From: Octopus vulgaris
Taxonomy: Eukaryota
Reading direction: 5' to 3'
Assembly: GCA_951406725.2 (NCBI GenBank)
Contig: OX597816.1
Span: forward strand, 139,686,001-139,750,000
DNA length: 64,000 bases
Made by a program: the position numbers and the translations under genes. This document shows positions 55,687 through 64,000 of this stretch, one piece after another. Each line of letters starts with the position of its first letter. Position 1 is the first letter of the stretch. Below the pieces are notes generated by a model. The model made no database searches. It worked only from the letters and a program-made list of their open reading frames with translations, and had not been told where the DNA came from.

Positions 55687-55831
55687 CTATAATCTATTTA
55701 AGTAAATACATACTCATATATATATTCTTTTAACTCAACTCAAAGTTATTTCTCTCCGGCAATGATGGAGCACTGACTTACGTCGAACAAATCCACCCTA
55801 GTGCTTATTCTTTGTAAGCATAGTACGTATG

Positions 55832-55863
<32 letters not shown>

Positions 55864-56004
55864 CGTACTATATGCTTACAAAGAATAAGCACTAGGGTAG
55901 ATTTGTTCGACGTAAGTCAGTGCTCCATCATTGCCGGAGTGAAATAACTTTGAGTTGAGTTAAAAGAATATATATATGAGTATGTATTTACTGAAATAGA
56001 TTAT

Positions 56005-56035
<31 letters not shown>
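55669..56035. repeat. Inverted duplication, ~165-bp arms around a (TA)n spacer
   Basis: 55669-55830 is the reverse complement of 55861-56035 with few differences. The arms contain a decayed SINE A tail and (GA)n. Confidence 0.95.
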
Positions 56036-56086
<51 letters not shown>

Positions 56087-56103
56087 TATGTATATATATA
56101 TGT

Positions 56104-56139
<36 letters not shown>

Positions 56140-56412
56140 TATATAAACATATACATGCATACGTATATGCGTATTTACTTGTATTCACATATATATATAT
56201 AAGATATATATACTCTTATATGCTGTATTATGGATGCATGAACTGAGATGGAGAAAATTATATTCGTCGTAAAATTTCATAATATATACCCACCTATATA
56301 TACTTGTGTGTGTGAGAGAGAAATATATATATAGAGATGGAGAGAAACACACACACAGATATATGTACAGACACACTTATGCAAGTATATACGTATATAT
56401 ATATATGTGTGG

Positions 56413-56573
<161 letters not shown>

Positions 56574-56793
56574 GTATAAACAAATGTAATCACATATAAG
56601 TAGAAATATATGTATGTGTACACACATATATATAGGCATGCAAACATATTTCCGAACATCTCTATCTCTATCTATCTATCTGTCTATACACACACACACA
56701 CACACATTTATTTCCAACGCATGCGATCTTCGTAGACAAGCTTCAAGTGAAAACTATATTTGCGTGTCCATATATATATGGATAAATATATAC

Positions 56794-57071
<278 letters not shown>

Positions 57072-57091
57072 CGATGATGATGATGATGATG

Positions 57092-57170
<79 letters not shown>

Positions 57171-57945
57171 TCCAAACATACATATATAGGTATTTATACA
57201 CACACACACATGTATATATATACATATATACACATACACATATATATATATATGTAAACATACACACATATATATACATATATATATACACACACATATA
57301 TATACATATATATATACACATATATAAACATATATATACATATACATATACACATATACATATATATACACACATATATAAACATATACATACATATATA
57401 CATATATATATACATACACATATACATATATATATATACATATGTATATGTATGTACACACATATATATACACACATATACATATATATATGTATATACA
57501 CGTATATTTATACACCCATATACATATATATATATGTATATAGACATATATATATACACACATATACATATATATACATATGCACATATATATACATACA
57601 CACATATACATATACACATATATATACATACACACATATACATATATATACATATGCACATATATATACATACACACATATACATATACACATATATATA
57701 CATACACACATATATATACATACACACATATACATATATATACGCCTATACATATATATATACATCTATACATATATATATATACATATATACATATATA
57801 TACATATATATATATATATACATATATATATACATATATATATATATATACATATATATATACATATATATACATATATATATACATATATATACATATA
57901 TATATATACATATATATACATATATATACATATACATATATATAC

Positions 57946-57976
<31 letters not shown>

Positions 57977-58333
57977 CATATATATACATATACATATATA
58001 TACATATATATACATATACATATATATATATACATATACATATATATATACATATACATATATATATATACATATACATATATATATACATATATATATA
58101 TCGAGCAGTTACTGTCTATATCCCTTTTAAGAATTATATTGCTATATATATATACATATACATATATATATACATATATATATATACATATATATATACA
58201 TATATATACATATATATATATATATACATACATATATATATATACATATATATACATATATATATATACATATATATATATACATATATATACATATATA
58301 TACATATATGTATATATGGATATATATATACAA

Positions 58334-58376
<43 letters not shown>

Positions 58377-58694
58377 TATATACATATATATATACATATA
58401 TATCAATATATATATATACACATATATACATGCATATATACATATATATACAAATATACACATATATACATATATACATATGCATATATATGTATATTCA
58501 TATATACATGCTATATGCCTTACCACGCACTGTAAAGATACACGTCATAAGACACTATAAGCACCTTAAAATTTTAAGGTGTTCATAACGTGGCGTCTAT
58601 TTTTTAAGTTGTATACATATATGTATACATATATATAAATACATATATATATATATACATATATATAAATACATATATGTATACATATATATAA

Positions 58695-58729
<35 letters not shown>

Positions 58730-58834
58730 CATATATATAAATACATATATGTATACATATATATAAATACATATATATACATTCATATATATACATTAAT
58801 ATATATATATTCTTATATATATATGCATATATTC

Positions 58835-59037
58835 ATGTTGATTCGTTAGCTACTGCACGCATTTTTTTCTCTCCTTCTTTCTGTGTTTTTCTCTCTCTGT
58901 GTATCTTTCTGTTGAAGAGCGTAGGCTCGAAACGTTAAAGACTTGTTTTATTTATATTTCCTGAGCGCCATACTAATACAATTGTTCGTTTGTTTTCCAC
59001 CTGCCTTCGTCTTTTGTTTATTTTCATAAAGCTTCCC

Positions 59038-59038
<1 letters not shown>
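58835..59038 (+). mobile_element. Short Penelope-like element with minimal hammerhead fold
   Basis: TCTTT-CTGTTGA-A-GAGC-GTAG-GCTC-GAAAC-GTT-AAAGA at 58904-58941 (5-bp stem I, 4-bp stem II, AACGTT palindrome), then TTCCTGAGCG and a T-rich tail into (TA)n. Confidence 0.75.
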
Positions 59039-59080
<42 letters not shown>

Positions 59081-59099
59081 TATATATATGTATATATAC

Positions 59100-59175
<76 letters not shown>

Positions 59176-59389
59176 GTATATATATGTATATATATATATG
59201 TATATATATATATGTATATATAGATGTATATTTATGTATATATATATTCTTATACACACACACACACACTCACACATGTATACATGCACAGAAGTGAATA
59301 TGTGGTACCAATCTTTGTCCCCAATCTTATGGACAACAATATGTAAAACATATGAATATATCTATACCTATTTTTCAATGTTTATGTGT

Positions 59390-59424
<35 letters not shown>

Positions 59425-60465
59425 ACTTTTCAGTGATATAGATTTTGCACATTGTTTATGTACGTTATCCGAAAAACGATGTGCATAAAACAGAACTGAA
59501 TAAATTATTTCGCTTAGTCACTGATCCTTTTTACCTCAATTAAACAAACCCGTCTAGTCGTGTCCTAGTTCCAATAAACTATATATAGACTTATAATAAA
59601 CATATCTCTTCGTGAAGAAAAGATGGCTATTCCGACACTGATGAGTCTCTCACAAGAATAGAAACTAGACAGATCCCGTCTTTCCATAGCGAAGATGGAA
59701 ATGCATGAATATTTAACGAAACATGTGTACGTTACACTAGGGGACTGTGGGCGATTAGTGTTTCTGCACACACACACACACACACACAGTGTATGCGTGT
59801 GTGTTTGTTTGCACGTATATGTATAAATATATTTATGTGTGTGTGCGTATATATATATCTTTATATATATGTATTATGAGTATGTTTATATATATATATT
59901 TACGCAAATATACACATATGTATGTATATATACCTGAGTGTTCGCATATAAATATGCATGTATGTGTCTGTGTGTGTGTGTGTGCTTGTATGTATGTGTC
60001 TGTCTATGTATACTGTGAAAAATGGCGTCAGTTGTCAATGAGATAAAAGTGGTCAAAATTACGTTTCAAACATGTACTCTATTTGACATAGAATCAAACA
60101 CGTGTTTGAGGCAAATAAATAGAATTTGACATAGAATCAAACACGTGTTTGAGTAGAATAAAATAAAACAAAGCATAACAATTGATCATAATTTTGATGA
60201 AATATATTCTGAAGAAAAAGAAAACAAGCACAAATGAATGATATGGAAATCATAATGTGAAAGAAAAATGGATTTATTATCTTTGGGATAGAGATGGGTA
60301 CAAATTTAGAACTTTACTACGTGATTTTTCAGGAACAATTCGCATAGTTACTTTCAAATCTTATTATTTGTATTGTCATTAAAAAGGCAGAATGCTCAAT
60401 GACTAAATGTACAGTATATTACATGTACACATATGCGAAGATACATACACAACGGCATATGTGTA

Positions 60466-60509
<44 letters not shown>

Positions 60510-60511
<2 letters not shown>

Positions 60512-61042
60512 TAAACTTAGATATGTTTCGACCAAAGATTGGTCCAGGCCATGTCTAACTTAATAGCACCACCTGATAGGATTATTCGAATCCTGTTTAA
60601 GTCAAGTTTTGTTTATGGTCCATTCAAGTAGTGAGTTCTTGTTGGGTGAGTTGTATCCAATTATGGGTGGCTTATCTGGTATTCTTTGATGGAATCTATC
60701 CAGACTCCGTTTAAAGTTGATGGGATCCTTTTCCTCTTTGATCTCTTTCAGGACAATGTTAAATAGGGCTGGGCCTGTTGAGGAAAAGAAATTATGTTGC
60801 AGTGTACATGCATGCTGTGGTCTTGAATTGGGCAGGGGACGTATGGCCCGTGGTCCCAGTCTTAGATGAACCTTGAAGCTAATGTTCAGGTCGTTTGGGC
60901 AAAGTTGGCGGTATATTCTCCACATCGTACAAATGATGTACCGCTCACGGCGACGCTGGAGAGGGTAGAGTTTCAAGGCTTTAAGGCGATCCCAATAATC
61001 GAGAGCAGCCATGCCTTCAATTCGTTTAGTGAGTGCCCTCTG
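60510..61042 (-). mobile_element. 5'-truncated CR1-group LINE, second family
   Basis: LDYWDRLKALKLYPLQRRRERY...GPALFNIV...FKRSLDRF...IPDKP...NSLL is homologous to the 54537 ORF. Stop at 60602, followed by a ~90-nt 3' UTR. Confidence 0.9.
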
Positions 61043-62118
61043 GGGTGACTCATATATATATATATGAGTGTGTGTGCGTATATATATGTGTGTGTATGCA
61101 TGAATGCATATATGTATATATATATATACTTATGTATATGTATGTGTATATATCATATATATCTGTATATAAATATATACATATATGCATGCTTACATAC
61201 ATATCTATAGATGTATATTTATAGATATATATATATATATAAATATATCTATTATATATATATGTGTGTGTGGTTCAAATATACACGCACAAATACTCAC
61301 ACACACATATACATATATCTGTATATATGTATACGCATTCTTATGCCTATTTGAATATACAAACACATATATACGTATCCTCCTTTATAAACAGACATCT
61401 GTATCATGTCAACAACTAGGTTTACGTATACATATAAGCATATATACATATATACGCATACATATGTGCAAATGTATATATATAGCACAAATATTTGTCT
61501 GAATATGTGTTTGTGGTTCATATGTATGTGTTTGTACATATATGTACATAATATGATATAATATTTAGCTATATAGTAAGGTATAAGTATATACTAATTA
61601 CATAGGTATGTATATATAAGTATGAGTATGAATGCATGCGTGTACACACACACACACACACACAAATACTCACCTAAATATACTCCCAATATAACTACGC
61701 TGAAATTACTCTGTTGTCTAAAATTTGACTACATAGTGTTGGTAATGCTTTTATTGCCCAGCTGAAACGATCCCATGTATCCTCCTTTCCCAATAAACAA
61801 CATACGACTTCGTTTGTTAGTGCTTTCTTCAAGCAACTTTACAGATCAGATGGAAGCAATATCGTGCTTCGAGAGTACACGTAGTAACGTCCGTTTGTCA
61901 AGAAATAATGCAGTTAAGTGTGGCAGACACAAAGTGGTTATAGTTCCGCAATCTAAATGAGCATGCTGCATGTTCGAACATAACTACAAGAACATGGCAC
62001 CCACCTCGGAGTCAGAAATTGTTCAAATGTTGATGACATTTATAATTAATAAGGGACAAGAAAATTTGAGGCGGACATTATAATTGACTAAATTTTGTAT
62101 GCAATACATCAATATATA

Positions 62119-62164
<46 letters not shown>

Positions 62165-62168
<4 letters not shown>

Positions 62169-62311
62169 GTTAGGAAGGGCATCCAGCTGTAGAAACACTG
62201 CCAGATCTGACTGGCCTGGTGCAGCCTTCGAGCTTGCCAGACCCCAGTTGAACCGTCCAACCCATGCTAGCATGGAAAGCGGACGTTAAACGATGATGAT
62301 GATGATGATGA
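62165..62311 (+). mobile_element. 3' end of a short retroposon with (GAT)n tail
   Basis: GGCGTTAGGAAGGGCATCCAGCTGTAGAAAC...GGACGTTAAAC(GAT)n. Family assignment is from memory only. Confidence 0.55.
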
Positions 62312-62604
62312 TATATATACACGTGTGTATATGTAAACATGATAATATGGTATGGTATGTATACACACAATATTTATACGTCCGTGTGTATATTTATAGG
62401 GTGTGTATAAACTACGTATACACTTTGGAAATCTAACAATAAAATGAAAATGTAAGGACAGCTCAGCAAAGTTTTTGGAGAAGAAAGACTTGTTAAAAAA
62501 AAACAGAACATTTCCACGAAGGTTCCATTGCTTGCGGTTGAGACTTTCAGACAATAAAATACAATTAAAATTTTGAAGTTTTCAGGATAATTTATGAAGA
62601 CAAA

Positions 62605-62651
<47 letters not shown>

Positions 62652-62929
62652 TATATGTATAAATATGCACATATACATATATATATTTACATATATACAC
62701 ATATATACATATACATGACATAAGCATATATAAATACATATATATATAGAAACATATATGTGCATATATATATATAAACATATATATGCATATATATATA
62801 CACATATATAAACCAACATATACATACATATATACATATATATACATATATATACACATATATATGTATACACACATATATAAGCATATATATATATATA
62901 TATATATGTATGTATATATATATATATAT

Positions 62930-63278
62930 ATGGTAAGTAGATTCTTTAGCAACCACATGGTGCGTGGCACCTTGGGCAAGTGGTTTCTAATATAGCTTCA
63001 GGCCAACCAAAAACTTGTGAGTGGATTTCGTAGAGGGAAACTGAAAGAAGCCTGTCGTATATATGTATATATGGTTGTGTGTCTTTGTTTATCCCCCAAC
63101 ATCGCTTGACAACGGATACTGCTGTGTTTAGGTCCCTGTCACTTAGCAGGTCGGCAAAACAATCAATAAGAAAACTACTAGTCTTGGAAAGAATAAGTCC
63201 TCGGGTCGACTTGCACGACTAAAGGAGTTGCCTCAGCATGGCCGCAGACAAGTGACTGAAAGAACTAGAAGAATAAAA
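62930..63278 (+). mobile_element. SINE family A
   Basis: TGGTAAGTAG...CCTTGGGCAAGTG...CAGCATGGCCGCAG. Confidence 0.87.
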
Positions 63279-63522
63279 AATGAGTACGTAAATATATATA
63301 CATGTACTTATACAAATATATACATATGCATATATATACACATGCATATATATATTTATACATATATGCGCATATATATGCATGTATATATATATATATA
63401 TTTACATATACATATATACACATATATATACATCTATATATACTCATATATATGCATGTATACACATATATATACATATATACATACATAAATACATATA
63501 TATATGTATTTATATATACAGA

Positions 63523-63553
<31 letters not shown>

Positions 63554-64000
63554 GCATATATATGCATATATATACATGCATATTTATATATAAACATATA
63601 CACATTTATGTATATATACATGTATATATAAACATTTATATATATGCATTCATATACATATATACATATAGATATAAACACATAGATATAGATGTATATA
63701 CATATATCCATATATATGATATACATATATATTATACATAAATACAAATATATTTATATACTCATACATATATATATATATGATATACATATATACATAT
63801 ACATATAAACATATATATACACACATATCTACATATATATTTACATATATACATACAAATATATATATATGTATAAATATACGTATATATGTATATGTAT
63901 ATCTATGAATATACATATATATATAGATAAATATATATGTATATGTATATCTATGAATATATATATATATAAAAATATATATGCATATATATACATGTAT

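Noticed and set aside
59637-59690. Hammerhead-like CTGATGAG...GAAAC
   Set aside because: Stem II is not properly closed, and stems I and III are unconvincing.

Overview
This is eukaryotic, AT-rich and extremely microsatellite-dense DNA. It is most likely from an octopus or other coleoid cephalopod, judged from the SINE families and repeat landscape; this was not database-confirmed. I can support only one host gene: the large terminal coding exon of a NET-family (Noc/Elbow/ZNF503/ZNF703) zinc-finger repressor on the minus strand (27245-28795). It begins at a splice acceptor, and I could not find its first exon in the 35 kb upstream. Nearly all other listed ORFs are translated (TA)n/(TATG)n/(CA)n/(GA)n repeats. 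The rest is a layered mobile-element landscape: at least four tRNA-type SINE families, two CR1-group LINE 3' fragments, an internally deleted mariner, hAT MITEs, a non-autonomous Helitron and several long fold-back palindromes. Three observations stand out. (1) A family of ~200-bp elements abutting (TA)n, each carrying a Penelope-type minimal hammerhead-ribozyme fold, plus two unrelated hammerhead motifs. (2) A 3'-terminal motif and hairpin shared by the dominant SINE and both LINEs, suggesting a LINE/SINE partnership. (3) An internal empty-site/filled-site pair that defines a SINE target-site duplication. I see no CRISPR array, rRNA, real tRNA gene or prokaryote-type system. All alignments were done by eye, so repeat boundaries are approximate.
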